Notes under the pieces: generated by a model
What the model was told of the DNA's origin: nothing
Seen by the model: the letters and a program-made list of their open reading frames with translations, nothing else
The model's database searches: none
Origin: Vicinamibacteria bacterium
Lineage (GTDB): Bacteria; Acidobacteriota; Vicinamibacteria; Marinacidobacterales; Marinacidobacteraceae
NCBI GenBank assembly: GCA_965199715.1
Contig: OZ241322.1
Span: 1,696,001 to 1,760,000 of the forward strand
DNA length: 64,000 nt
Direction of reading: 5' to 3'
Shown: piece by piece, positions 55,328 through 64,000 of the stretch
Numbering within the stretch: position 1 is the stretch's first letter
Layout: each line of letters begins with the position of its first letter
Made by a program: the position numbers and the translations under genes

Positions 55328-57395
55328 GCTTGGCGACTGCGGTCCGGCGGGTCCAGCGCTCGATCCGCGGGTCCAGGGCGTCGTCGGTGAGGTAGCCGGT
55401 GTCGAGCACGAGGAACAGGTCGCTCCCCGGGGTGTGGATCCAGTCCACCCGGACGTTCGCCTGAAGCTCCTTCGACAGATTGTCCCACTGGAGGAGCGCG
55501 CCGGCGAAGAGCTTGCGGCTGACCGCGCCGTCGATGTTGAGCCCGACGAGCGTCGCGCTGAAGTCGCCGTCGGGAACCGGCAGCGACACTCGGTTGCGCG
55601 TCGCCGTCGCCTGCACGGTCAGGTAGGGCCCGGTCTTCACGACGAGGCCGCCGCCGATCCGGGTGCGGTCTCCGCCCCAGAACCCCCCGGTCGATCCGGA
55701 GACGAAGGTCGCGACCGCCCGGCTGTCGTTCGTCTGGGCGCTGAGCTCCCACGAGCGAAACTCGTAGTCGCCCGTCGCGAGCTCCCGCCCGCTGATGGAC
55801 GCCGGGCGTCCGATGCGCTCGAACCGGTCGTTCATGCTGAACTTGAACCCGTCCCCCGACTCCAACTGGAACGCGCCGTAGGCGACCGCCTCGCGGGACT
55901 GGAGCTCCCCGTCGGTTCCCGCCACCCAGTCCGCCGACGCGCCGAGGTCGGCCTGCCGGGCCCAGTCGCTCCCCTCGAAACGGGGCGTTACCCCGCCGCT
56001 GAGCGACCAGCGGTCTTGGTCGCGGCGGCGCACGAACCCGAGCGCGGGCGCGAACTCCCGCCCGACCCGGAGCCGCCGCACCTCAAGCGCGTAGCGGTCG
56101 TTCCGGAGCCGCAGCTCCCCCTCGCCCGCGGAGGCGTCCTCGGCTTCGAACACCCGCGCCCCCCACAGCCGGAGCGAGCTGCTGCTGAAGAATCGCGTCG
56201 TGAAGTCCGCTCCGGCGGCGCGGCTGCCCGCTGCGCCGTGCGGGTCGAGGCTCGTGGCGATCGCGCCCACGGTGGTGCGCTCGCCGGGATTGCCCTCCAG
56301 CCGCAGTACCGAGTTCCAGGCGTTCTCGGTCCGCAGCGCGAGCGCCCCGACCGAGATCGGCCCGGCCTGGCCGGTCAGCCTCCCGCCGCCGAGGATGTCG
56401 TCCTCGAGCCCGATCCTCCGGCTGAAGAAGACCTCGACCTCCTGCGGCCGCCCGAACCGGAAGAGCCCGGCGCGCTCGAGGAAGAACTCGCGCTTCTCGG
56501 GGAAGAACAGGTCGAAGCGCGTCAGGTTGATCTGGACGTTGTCCGCCTCGACCTGCGCGAAGTCGGTGTTCCAGGTCAGGTCGAGGTTGAGGTTCGACGT
56601 GAGGCCGTACTTCACGTCGAGCCCCAGCTTCGACTCGCGCTCGAATCCCTCGCCGCCGGCCGCCTGCGCTCCGAGCGTCCCGAACGGCTTCACTTCGAGC
56701 CGCTGGCCGCGCCGCACGTCCTTCAGTCCGACGAGCGTGGCGTACCGGGAGACCTGCGCGATGCCGGAGCGGTACTCGCGCCCGATGTGCGGCCAGACGG
56801 CCGTCTCGTTCTTGCGCCGGATCGAGCGCTGGAACGCGATCCCCATGACCGGCTCGGCGACGTCGGCGAAGCGGATCGTGGTGAACGGGATCGCCATCTC
56901 CAGCGTCCAGCCGTCCTCGTCCACGGTGGTCTCGGTGGTGAAGACCCCGTCCCAGTTCCAGTCCTCCCGGTCGAGCCGCTCGTCGGAGAGCAGCGCGTCG
57001 TCCTGCGTCCCGAGCGCCCCCACCTCGAAGATGTAGGCGTTGCGCCGGTCGAAGTAGGTGTCGAGGCCGATGATGACCCGGTCGTCCTTGTCGATGCGCC
57101 CGCCCCGATGCAGGATCGCCCGCCGGATCCGCTCCGGCTCCGAGTCGAGGAACCGGAACCCGAAGTAGAGCGCGCGCTCGTCGTAGGCGATCCGCACCTC
57201 GGTCCGCTCGCTCGCCGGCGCGCCGTCCACCGGGTCGCGCTGGCGGAAGCCGGTCACCGGCTCGATCGCGGCCCAGAACGGCTCGTCGAGAACGCCGTCC
57301 ACCCGGGCCGGGGTCTCGATGCGGACGGCCCGAACCTCCTGCGCCGCGGCCGGCGCCCCGAGGAGGAGCGCGGCCGCCGCGACCCTGAGGATCAA
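55305..57395 (-). CDS. DUF5916 / CBM9-like outer-membrane protein
   Basis: DGVLDE.FW, WTLEMAIPF, NTDFAQVEAD, LFFPEKREFFLE, FFSRRIG; terminal Phe. Confidence 0.88.
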   Translation of the reverse strand: MILRVAAAALLLGAPAAAQEVRAVRIETPARVDGVLDEPFWAAIEPVTGFRQRDPVDGAPASERTEVRIAYDERALYFGFRFLDSEPERIRRAILHRGGRIDKDDRVIIGLDTYFDRRNAYIFEVGALGTQDDALLSDERLDREDWNWDGVFTTETTVDEDGWTLEMAIPFTTIRFADVAEPVMGIAFQRSIRRKNETAVWPHIGREYRSGIAQVSRYATLVGLKDVRRGQRLEVKPFGTLGAQAAGGEGFERESKLGLDVKYGLTSNLNLDLTWNTDFAQVEADNVQINLTRFDLFFPEKREFFLERAGLFRFGRPQEVEVFFSRRIGLEDDILGGGRLTGQAGPISVGALALRTENAWNSVLRLEGNPGERTTVGAIATSLDPHGAAGSRAAGADFTTRFFSSSSLRLWGARVFEAEDASAGEGELRLRNDRYALEVRRLRVGREFAPALGFVRRRDQDRWSLSGGVTPRFEGSDWARQADLGASADWVAGTDGELQSREAVAYGAFQLESGDGFKFSMNDRFERIGRPASISGRELATGDYEFRSWELSAQTNDSRAVATFVSGSTGGFWGGDRTRIGGGLVVKTGPYLTVQATATRNRVSLPVPDGDFSATLVGLNIDGAVSRKLFAGALLQWDNLSKELQANVRVDWIHTPGSDLFLVLDTGYLTDDALDPRIERWTRRTAVAKLTWLKAF

Positions 57396-58393
57396 TGGGC
57401 GAGCGCCAACCCCCACGGCGATGCGCCGACCGCGATGCGATCCACGACCTCGAGCGTGGCGGCGTCCACCACGCTCACGTCGTTCGACGGCCCGTTCGCG
57501 GTGAAAAGCCACTTTCCATCGCTGGAAACGACGACGCCCCACGGACGTTCCCCAACTTCGACGTTCGCGACCACCTCGCCGCTCGCGAGATCGACGACCG
57601 AGAGCGTCTTCGCCCGTCCGTTCGCCACGTAGAGCGTTCCGGCGTCCGGCGAGAGCGCGACCCCCATGCTGAGCGAGCCCTCGGGCATCATGAAGGTGCG
57701 GCTGACCCGGTGCTCGGCGACGACGATCTCGGAGACCGAGCCGCCGATTTCGGCGGAGACGTACGCGAGTCGGCCGTCGGGGGTGAACACCGCGTCGCGC
57801 GGGCGGTGGCCCACGCCGATCCGGGCGAGCTCGTCGCCGGTGCGCGTGTCCAGCACGGTCACGTCGTGATCGGTCTCGCCGGTCACGTAGGCGAGGCGTC
57901 CGTCCGGGCTGATGCGGACGCCCTCGGGCTCGGCCCCGACCGGCACCGTCCGGAAGATCTCCCCGGTGTCGAGATCGACGAGGCTGGCCTCGTCCGAGTC
58001 CTCGTTGGAGACGACGATGCGCCTTCCGTCGGGAGTGACGTCGAAGGTCTCCGGATCGGAGCCGCCCGGCAGCGTGCGCGTGCGCACCCGCCGGGCCAGA
58101 TCCACTTCGGCGACGCCGTCGAACGACTTGTCCGCCTCGCCGCATCCCTCCTCGTCGATCCACGGCGGGCACTTCGGCGAACCCGAGACCGCGACGTAGG
58201 CGAACTGGCCGCCGGGGGCGACCCGCACGCCGCGCGGCCGCCGCCCCACCTCGATCTCGGCCACCGTCTCGCGGGTTTCTAGGGACACGAGGCTGAGCGT
58301 CCCGTCGTCCTCGTTGGTGACGAGCAGCAGCGGACCTTCGGGCGCCGGCCCGCAGGCGGCGGCCAGGAGGGCCAGCCCCGCGAGCGACCTCAC
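57392..58393 (-). CDS. YVTN beta-propeller lipoprotein (PQQ-catabolism-associated type)
   Basis: LAAAC lipobox; VTNE, RPRG, GSDPETF, EPEGV, YVTGE repeats. Confidence 0.88.
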   Translation of the reverse strand: MRSLAGLALLAAACGPAPEGPLLLVTNEDDGTLSLVSLETRETVAEIEVGRRPRGVRVAPGGQFAYVAVSGSPKCPPWIDEEGCGEADKSFDGVAEVDLARRVRTRTLPGGSDPETFDVTPDGRRIVVSNEDSDEASLVDLDTGEIFRTVPVGAEPEGVRISPDGRLAYVTGETDHDVTVLDTRTGDELARIGVGHRPRDAVFTPDGRLAYVSAEIGGSVSEIVVAEHRVSRTFMMPEGSLSMGVALSPDAGTLYVANGRAKTLSVVDLASGEVVANVEVGERPWGVVVSSDGKWLFTANGPSNDVSVVDAATLEVVDRIAVGASPWGLALAH

Positions 58394-59979
58394 TCGGGAG
58401 CGAGCCCGAAGGTGAGGACCGACTGGCCGGCGGCCACGGAGATGAACTGCTCGCCGTCGATCGCGAAGCTCATCGGCGCGGCGCGGATGCCGCCGCCCGC
58501 GTAGAAGTCCCACAGCGCCTCCCCGGTGTCGGCGTCGAGCGCGAAGACGTTGCCCTCGAGCGTTCCCGAGACGACCACGCCGGTGGCGGTGGACATGACT
58601 CCCGAGACCGCCGGGGTCAACTGCACGAACTCCCACTCGAGGTCGCCGGTGATCGCGTTCAGCGCCCGGACCGCGCCGTAGGTCTCGTCGGCGTCGGGCC
58701 GCCGCTCGCCGCCGCCGAGGAACGGCGTCCCGGGCGCGTACTCGGCCTCGCTCTTGAAGTAGATAGAGGCCATTTCGCGGGTCGGGACGTAGAGCAGGCC
58801 CCGGTTCGGGTCGTACGACGGGCTGTACCAGTTCGTGGAGCCGGCGAGGCTCGGCCACACGAGCGTGCCCTCCTCGCTCGGCGAGGTGTTCGGGATTCGC
58901 ACCGGGCGGCCGTTCTCGTCGATCCGCTCCGCCCACGTCTGGGTGGAGTACTGGGCGGCGCGCAGGAACTGGCCGGTCTCGCGGTCGAGCACGTAGTAGA
59001 AGGCGTTGCGGTTGGCGAGGATCACGAGCTTTCGCATCGCGCCGTCCCACTCGGCGTCCACGAGCACCGGGATCTGGTTGGCGTCCCAGTCGTGGACGTC
59101 GTGGGGCGTGAACTGGAAGTGCCAGCGGAGCTCGCCGGTGTTCACGTCGAGCGCCACGAGCGAGTCGGTGTAGAGGTTGTCGCCGGGCCGAGAGTCGCCG
59201 TTCCAGTCGGGGGCGGGGTTCCCGATACCCCAGTAGAGGAGGCCGAGGTCCGGATCGAAGGCGCCGGTCAGCCACGTGGCGCCGCCGCCGGTCTTCCAAC
59301 TGTCGCCGCCCCAGGTGTCGTTGCCCGGCTCGCCCTCGCCGGGGACCGAGTACCAGCGCCAGACGCGCTCGCCGGTCGCCGCGTCGTAGGCGTCGAGGAA
59401 CCCGCGCACGCCGGCCTCGCCGCCGCTCATGCCGACGATCACCTTGCCGTCCACCGCGAGAGGGGCCGCGGTGATCGCGTAGCCGAGCTTGTTGTCCGCC
59501 ATCGGAACCCGCCAGCGGACGTCGCCGGTCGTGCGGTCGAGCGCGACCACGAAGGCGTCGAGGGTCCCGAAGAACACCGAGTCGCCGAGGACGGCCACGC
59601 CGCGGTTCACGCGCGGGAAGCCGATGTTGAGCGTCTCGTCGGGAACGCCGGGGTCGTGCCGCCAGAGACGCCGGCCGGTGCGGGCGTCGAGCGCGGCGAT
59701 CGTGCTCGGCGGCTCGGCGACGTACATGACGCCGCCCACGACGATCGGAGTGACCTCCACCCGTCCGGAGCCGCTGGTCTGGTAGATCCACTCGGGGCGC
59801 AGGCGGGCGACGTTCTCGCGAGTGATCCCGTCGAGGCGGGTGAAGCGCTCGGCGCGGTAGTTGCCCGAGTAGGTGAGCCAGTTCTCCGGCGTCTCGTCGG
59901 CGCGCACGAGGTCGGAGTAGGAGGTCTGCGCCGCCGCCGGAGCGGCGAGCAGGATCGAGATCGCGAGAATTCGGTTCAT
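58390..59979 (-). CDS. PQQ-dependent alcohol dehydrogenase family protein
   Basis: NWLTYSG, GGEAGVRG, GGGATW, GNPAP, RPGDNLY, QFTPHDVHDWDA, NWYSPSY. Confidence 0.93.
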   Translation of the reverse strand: MNRILAISILLAAPAAAQTSYSDLVRADETPENWLTYSGNYRAERFTRLDGITRENVARLRPEWIYQTSGSGRVEVTPIVVGGVMYVAEPPSTIAALDARTGRRLWRHDPGVPDETLNIGFPRVNRGVAVLGDSVFFGTLDAFVVALDRTTGDVRWRVPMADNKLGYAITAAPLAVDGKVIVGMSGGEAGVRGFLDAYDAATGERVWRWYSVPGEGEPGNDTWGGDSWKTGGGATWLTGAFDPDLGLLYWGIGNPAPDWNGDSRPGDNLYTDSLVALDVNTGELRWHFQFTPHDVHDWDANQIPVLVDAEWDGAMRKLVILANRNAFYYVLDRETGQFLRAAQYSTQTWAERIDENGRPVRIPNTSPSEEGTLVWPSLAGSTNWYSPSYDPNRGLLYVPTREMASIYFKSEAEYAPGTPFLGGGERRPDADETYGAVRALNAITGDLEWEFVQLTPAVSGVMSTATGVVVSGTLEGNVFALDADTGEALWDFYAGGGIRAAPMSFAIDGEQFISVAAGQSVLTFGLAPE

Positions 59980-60770
59980 TCCGGGTCGTTTCCTTCCGCT
60001 CCCCGGAGCGTGGCGAGATACGCGACGAGATCGTCCAGTTCCGTATCGGTGAACCCCTCGTAGCTCATCATGAGGCTCTCGTCCGGGAGCCGCTTGACTT
60101 CCCGAACCTCGTTCTTGCGGAACGAGCGGATGCGGCCGGCTTCGTCGAGCAACTGGATGCTGAACGTGTCCTCGTTCATCCGGACGCCCATGATCTGGGC
60201 GCCGCCGGCGTCCTCGACCAGAACCGTGCGATAGCGCGGCGAGACGAACGCCGACGGATCCGCGATGGCCTCGCGCAGGTAGGCGCTTCCCCGCAACATG
60301 CCGACCTCGGAGAGGTCCGGCCCGAAGGCGATTCCCTGGCCGTTCACGACGTGGCAGTTGTCGCACAGCGTCGCAGCGTAGAGCTCCCGCCCGGCCGCCG
60401 GATCGCCCGGCAGATCCTCCCGGGGCGCGACGCCGAGCGAGCGGACGTAGGCCGAGACGTTGCGGATCTCGAGGGTGTTGAGCGAGCCGTGCCCCGGCAT
60501 GTCGGTGCCCGCGATCCCGTTGTCCACGATCTCGATGAGCGCCGCGTCGGTTCGGGACCGGCGCAGGTTCTCTCGCATCAGGTTCGGCCCCTCGCCGCCC
60601 ACGCCGTCGAGGCCGTGGCAGCGGGCGCAGTGCACTTCGAAGATCCGCTTCCCGTGCTCGATCGCGTCGGAAGCGGCCTCCGAGAGCGGCGGCTGGGCCG
60701 CCGCCGCCGGCGCGAGGAGCAGGGCCGCGGCGAGGAATCCCCGGCCAGGGAGATGATGGCGTGTTCGCAT
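59976..60770 (-). CDS. Di-haem c-type cytochrome with putative haem-binding C-terminal domain
   Basis: CARCH and CDNCH; GPDL, NEDTFSIQ, SLM; signal peptide; GGAGG SD. Confidence 0.9.
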   Translation of the reverse strand: MRTRHHLPGRGFLAAALLLAPAAAAQPPLSEAASDAIEHGKRIFEVHCARCHGLDGVGGEGPNLMRENLRRSRTDAALIEIVDNGIAGTDMPGHGSLNTLEIRNVSAYVRSLGVAPREDLPGDPAAGRELYAATLCDNCHVVNGQGIAFGPDLSEVGMLRGSAYLREAIADPSAFVSPRYRTVLVEDAGGAQIMGVRMNEDTFSIQLLDEAGRIRSFRKNEVREVKRLPDESLMMSYEGFTDTELDDLVAYLATLRGAEGNDPE

Positions 60771-60940
60771 CGATGCGGCGACCTCCGGCTTCGGATCGTA
60801 CCAGCGGCGCCGGACGCGGCGGGGCCGCGAACGTCGCGCCGGCCGTTGGATCCAGAACACAAACTGTCACGGGCTGCGGCTACGGTGCGTCCGGCGGCGT
60901 CGCCCGCGCTCCCTCCCGCATCCGACCCACAGGACTGACC

Positions 60941-61324
60941 ATGACCATCCCGTCGCTTACTCTCGCAACCGCGCTCGGCCTGGCCGGCGCGGCCCCCTCC
61001 GCGCAGGCGGTCTCGGCGACCGACCTGATCAATGCGTTCGACCAGAACGAACTCCGCGCCGAGGCGCATTTCGAGGACAAGACCCTCGCGATCACCGGCC
61101 GAGTCGGCGACATCGCCACCGACCTGTTCGGCACGCCCTACGTCACGCTCGAGTCCGGCGACGACTTCCAGTTCCGGTCGGTGCAGTGCTTCTTCAGTCG
61201 CTCGGACAAGTCGCTGCTGGCGTCGCTGAATCCCGGCCAGCGGATCTCGTTCCGGGGTCGGGTCGATGGTCTCATGATGAACGTGCTGGTCAAGGACTGC
61301 TCGATCGTGCGGTCGCCCGGATAG
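60941..61324 (+). CDS. OB-fold protein (tRNA_anti-like), exported
   Basis: VSATDLINAFDQNELRA..F.DK.L.ITG.V, VQC.F, L.PGQ...RG, KDC. Confidence 0.8.
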   Translation: MTIPSLTLATALGLAGAAPSAQAVSATDLINAFDQNELRAEAHFEDKTLAITGRVGDIATDLFGTPYVTLESGDDFQFRSVQCFFSRSDKSLLASLNPGQRISFRGRVDGLMMNVLVKDCSIVRSPG

Positions 61325-61361
61325 CTTCGATCCGCGCCGGATACGATCCAGAGGCCGACCG

Positions 61362-62110
61362 ATGCCCCCGAACCTCGACGAACTGAAGCGGCGAGTCGGC
61401 GAGGGGGATGTCGCTGCCCAGACCCGCCTCGGCGCGATGTACTTCTTCGGGGACGGGGTCGGGCAAGACCGGAAGGCGGCGGCGCGCTTCTATCGGATGG
61501 CCGCCGACCGGGGGGACGTGGATTGCAGTTGACGCTGGCGTTCATGTACAACAACGGGGAAGGGGTCAAGGAAAGCGCCCGCCGGGCCATCAACTGGTTC
61601 CGGCGCGCAGCCAAGCAGGGCGACGTGCAGGCGATGCTCAGTCTCGCGGAGCTATGCGACTCCGGCTTCAGGGTCGAGCAGGATCAAGCCAGAGCCGCGA
61701 AGTGGTATCGCCGCGCGGCGGATCTCGGGGATTGCCACGCGCAGTACGCGCTGGTGCACATGTACAGCTTCGGACAGGGCGTGCCCGAGGACGAGGCCGC
61801 CCGATGGCTACGGCGAGCCGCCGAACAGGGCCACCCCGCAGCCCAGCGGGAATTCGCGGAGCGACTTGAATTTGAGAACTACGACGGGCCCGCGGACGAG
61901 GACGAATCCCAGCGCTGGTATCGCTTGGCCGCAGAGCAGGGAGACGCCAGCGCCCAAGAGAGAGCTCGGCGGCCGCTACGCCCAGGGTTGGTTCGTGGAG
62001 CAGGAATACGCGGAAGCCCTTCGCTGGTATCGACTCGCCGCGGAACAGGGGGACTGTTTCGCGCAATCGAGGCTCGGTGACATGTACGCCACGGGCCAGG
62101 GCGTTCCCAA
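61362..62110 (+). pseudogene. Sel1-repeat protein with two frameshifts
   Basis: AQTRLGAMYFFGDGV, W.RRAA.QG, AQSRLGDMYATGQGV spread over different frames; shifts near 61523 and 61957. Confidence 0.85.
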
Positions 62111-62303
62111 ACCGATCTACCTCGGGGTCGGCGCGGCGGCGCTCGGGTTCTTCCTCATGGGGCCCGGGCCGCTGACGCTCGCCGTCCTCACGGCGGCGGC
62201 CATCGGGCTGCCGATCTAGATCCGGCTCGAGGAGGAGCATCTCCTCCGCCAGCGCCCCGCCGAGTACCGGGAGTACCGAAACTCGGTGAGGCGCTGGTTC
62301 TGA
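62111..62303 (+). pseudogene. C-terminal fragment of an isoprenylcysteine carboxyl methyltransferase (ICMT/PEMT)-family protein with internal TAG
   Basis: PIYLG...LPI*IRLEEEHLL...EYREYRNSVRRWF-TGA. Confidence 0.75.
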
Positions 62304-63971
62304 CTACTCGTCCGCGGTCGGGTCTTCGGCCGGGGGGTCGCCCAGCAGTCCGGCGTAGGCGTAGAGCACGGTGGCCACCGACTTTTCGGCTCCGGCCATG
62401 CCGTACACCTCGCCGGCGCCCTCGATGACCCAGAACTCGTTCGCCGCGTGGGCGCCGCCGCCGTGGCCGAGGGCGGCGCCGACGATGTCCATCTTCAGGT
62501 CGGTGCCGCCCTCAAGCTCGTTGTCGCGGCCGCTGAACAGGTACGCGGGCCAGTAGCCGCCGCCGAGGATGGAAGCCTCCTCGAGCGGCGTGGAGTGGCG
62601 GACCCCGAAGATCTCGAACATCCGGTTCCCGGCCTCGGCGAGGTCGTTGTCGAACTGCATCTTGGACCACGGCACGTCGCCGATGATCGTCAGCTCCACG
62701 TCCTCGTATCCCTCGGCGTCGAGGTAGTCTCGGATCTTCTGGACCATCTCCAGGCCGTCCATGCTCGGCACGTAGCGCATGTTGTGCTTCGACGTGATCC
62801 GGTTCGGCAGGATCGCTCCCGCGCCGCCCGGATACATGTTGCCGGCCCAGATCCCGTCGATGTTGAAGGAGATCCCGTAGCGGGCGCTCTTGATGTAGGT
62901 GAGCGGGTCGTCGCTGATGAAGCGGGCCACTCCGATGTTGTCCGCCGCGATCTCCATGTTGAGGTTCTCGGCGGACCGCAGGAACATGGCCTCCTCGGCG
63001 GACGAGAGCGGATCGGCGCCCTGGTAGAAGCCGGGCACGTTGATCGAGTTGCCGTTGTCCTCGAAGAGCGTCGCCAGCATCTTCACGTGGCGCATCGCGG
63101 GAGCGTCGGTGGAGCGCTTGTGCGAGCCGTGGATGTCCGAGACCGTCGGCCCCCGCCCCCAGCTCTCGCCGCTCGTCGTCAACTCGATATAGACGCAGCC
63201 CTCCGAGCCGCCCGAGAAGCCGGCGGCCCCGCTGCGCGCCTGTCGTCCGGTGCGGTACATGGCGTCGGCGTGGCGGAAGAGTTCGGGGTTCTCCCGCACG
63301 AACTGCCGCAGGCCGATCGACATCCGCTCCTCGTCGCCCTCGGCGATGAAGATCAGGTTCACCGGCATCGTTCCCGTGACCTCGTAGATCGCATGCATCG
63401 CGTTCCACATGGTCATCTGCGGACCCTTGGAGTTCGTCGTCCCCCGTCCGATCATCACTTTCTTGAAGGGGCCGAACTCGGTGAACTCGCCCTCGAAGGG
63501 CGGCAGGTTCCACGCCTCCGGCTGGGTGACCGGCATCGTGTCGTACATCCAGTAGATGAGCAGCGTCTTCTCGGCGCCGTAGTCGCAATCGGCGTACACC
63601 ACGGGGTTCCCCGGCTGCCCCCACTCGGTCATCGGGATGTCGTGGACCTGCGAGACCTGGCAGCCGAGCTGGTCGAAGAAGCCCTTGACCATCTCGGCGG
63701 ACTCCTGGATGCCTTCGCCGGAGTTCGAGATGCTGGGCTGCTGGATCCAGCGGCGCAGGTTCATGACGTGGTCGTCGATGTTGTCGTCGATGTACTGGAA
63801 CACCTGCTGGAGCTCGTCGGGGACCTGGGCGAGGTCCGGGGAGAGCGTGGTGTCGCCGTCGGCCCGGACGCCGAGCTCGGCCGCGGGAGCCGTCGGCGGC
63901 GCTTCGGGCATGCCGCCGCCGCACGCGGCGAACGTCAGCGAGAGCAGGGACATCGAGAGAACAGCGCGCAT
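62304..63971 (-). CDS. M20/M25/M40-family metallo-hydrolase lipoprotein, divergent
   Basis: FAAC lipobox; QPSIS, GNPVVY, GRG..NSKG, EGDEE.MS, HGS, AHAANE. Confidence 0.88.
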   Translation of the reverse strand: MRAVLSMSLLSLTFAACGGGMPEAPPTAPAAELGVRADGDTTLSPDLAQVPDELQQVFQYIDDNIDDHVMNLRRWIQQPSISNSGEGIQESAEMVKGFFDQLGCQVSQVHDIPMTEWGQPGNPVVYADCDYGAEKTLLIYWMYDTMPVTQPEAWNLPPFEGEFTEFGPFKKVMIGRGTTNSKGPQMTMWNAMHAIYEVTGTMPVNLIFIAEGDEERMSIGLRQFVRENPELFRHADAMYRTGRQARSGAAGFSGGSEGCVYIELTTSGESWGRGPTVSDIHGSHKRSTDAPAMRHVKMLATLFEDNGNSINVPGFYQGADPLSSAEEAMFLRSAENLNMEIAADNIGVARFISDDPLTYIKSARYGISFNIDGIWAGNMYPGGAGAILPNRITSKHNMRYVPSMDGLEMVQKIRDYLDAEGYEDVELTIIGDVPWSKMQFDNDLAEAGNRMFEIFGVRHSTPLEEASILGGGYWPAYLFSGRDNELEGGTDLKMDIVGAALGHGGGAHAANEFWVIEGAGEVYGMAGAEKSVATVLYAYAGLLGDPPAEDPTADE

Positions 63972-64000
63972 GGAGAACCTCCTCCGGCGGGCTGCGAGCG

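Noticed and set aside
54572-62219. Amber (TAG) reassignment suggested by two in-frame TAGs
   Set aside because: TAG ends intact genes in this window (e.g. rpoZ 8036-8038, M16 peptidase 19819-19821), and the second TAG lies in a clearly frameshifted relic.
1-64000. Very long alternative-frame ORFs (e.g. 9195..12593-, 19152..21839+, 45105..48719+, 55257..57632+)
   Set aside because: Shadow ORFs of high-GC codon bias overlapping well-supported genes; they lack motifs apart from the embedded real segments annotated separately.
1-64000. CRISPR array, rRNA, tRNA, retron or other repeat array
   Set aside because: No regularly spaced repeats, cas genes, reverse transcriptase or RNA-gene signatures seen; intergenic space is minimal.

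Overview
A very GC-rich, densely coding bacterial chromosome segment. It is most likely Acidobacteriota (inference from a GWxTD protein, an acidobacterial-type VWA protein, a STAS anti-anti-sigma factor and an acidobacterial-type PQQ dehydrogenase). Bases ~1-3600 are a decayed mobile region: a Cre-like tyrosine recombinase fragment, a phage-like fragment, two degraded IS3-family elements and a PIN-toxin-like fragment. The rest is mostly housekeeping and catabolic genes: purF/L/Q/S/B and purD/E, rpsU, rlmN, rpoZ, polA, rpiA, pta, ogt, arginase, several peptidases, GH20 and glycosyltransferases. Modules worth follow-up are: a Cys-Cys-less PQQ dehydrogenase with a lanthanide-type D-x-D motif plus di-haem cytochrome c, beta-propeller and outer-membrane protein; a phytoene-dehydrogenase-like FAD oxidoreductase pair with a GcvT-like protein; an iodotyrosine deiodinase coupled to YpdA; and an in-frame MmuM-peroxiredoxin fusion. 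Window-wide signals are TAnnnT boxes 6-12 nt before SD-less start codons (leaderless or short-leader translation), overlapping convergent 3' ends without terminators, and apparent A:T->G:C drift in decaying genes. No CRISPR, rRNA or tRNA was seen. All calls come from motif recognition by eye; no database searches were run.
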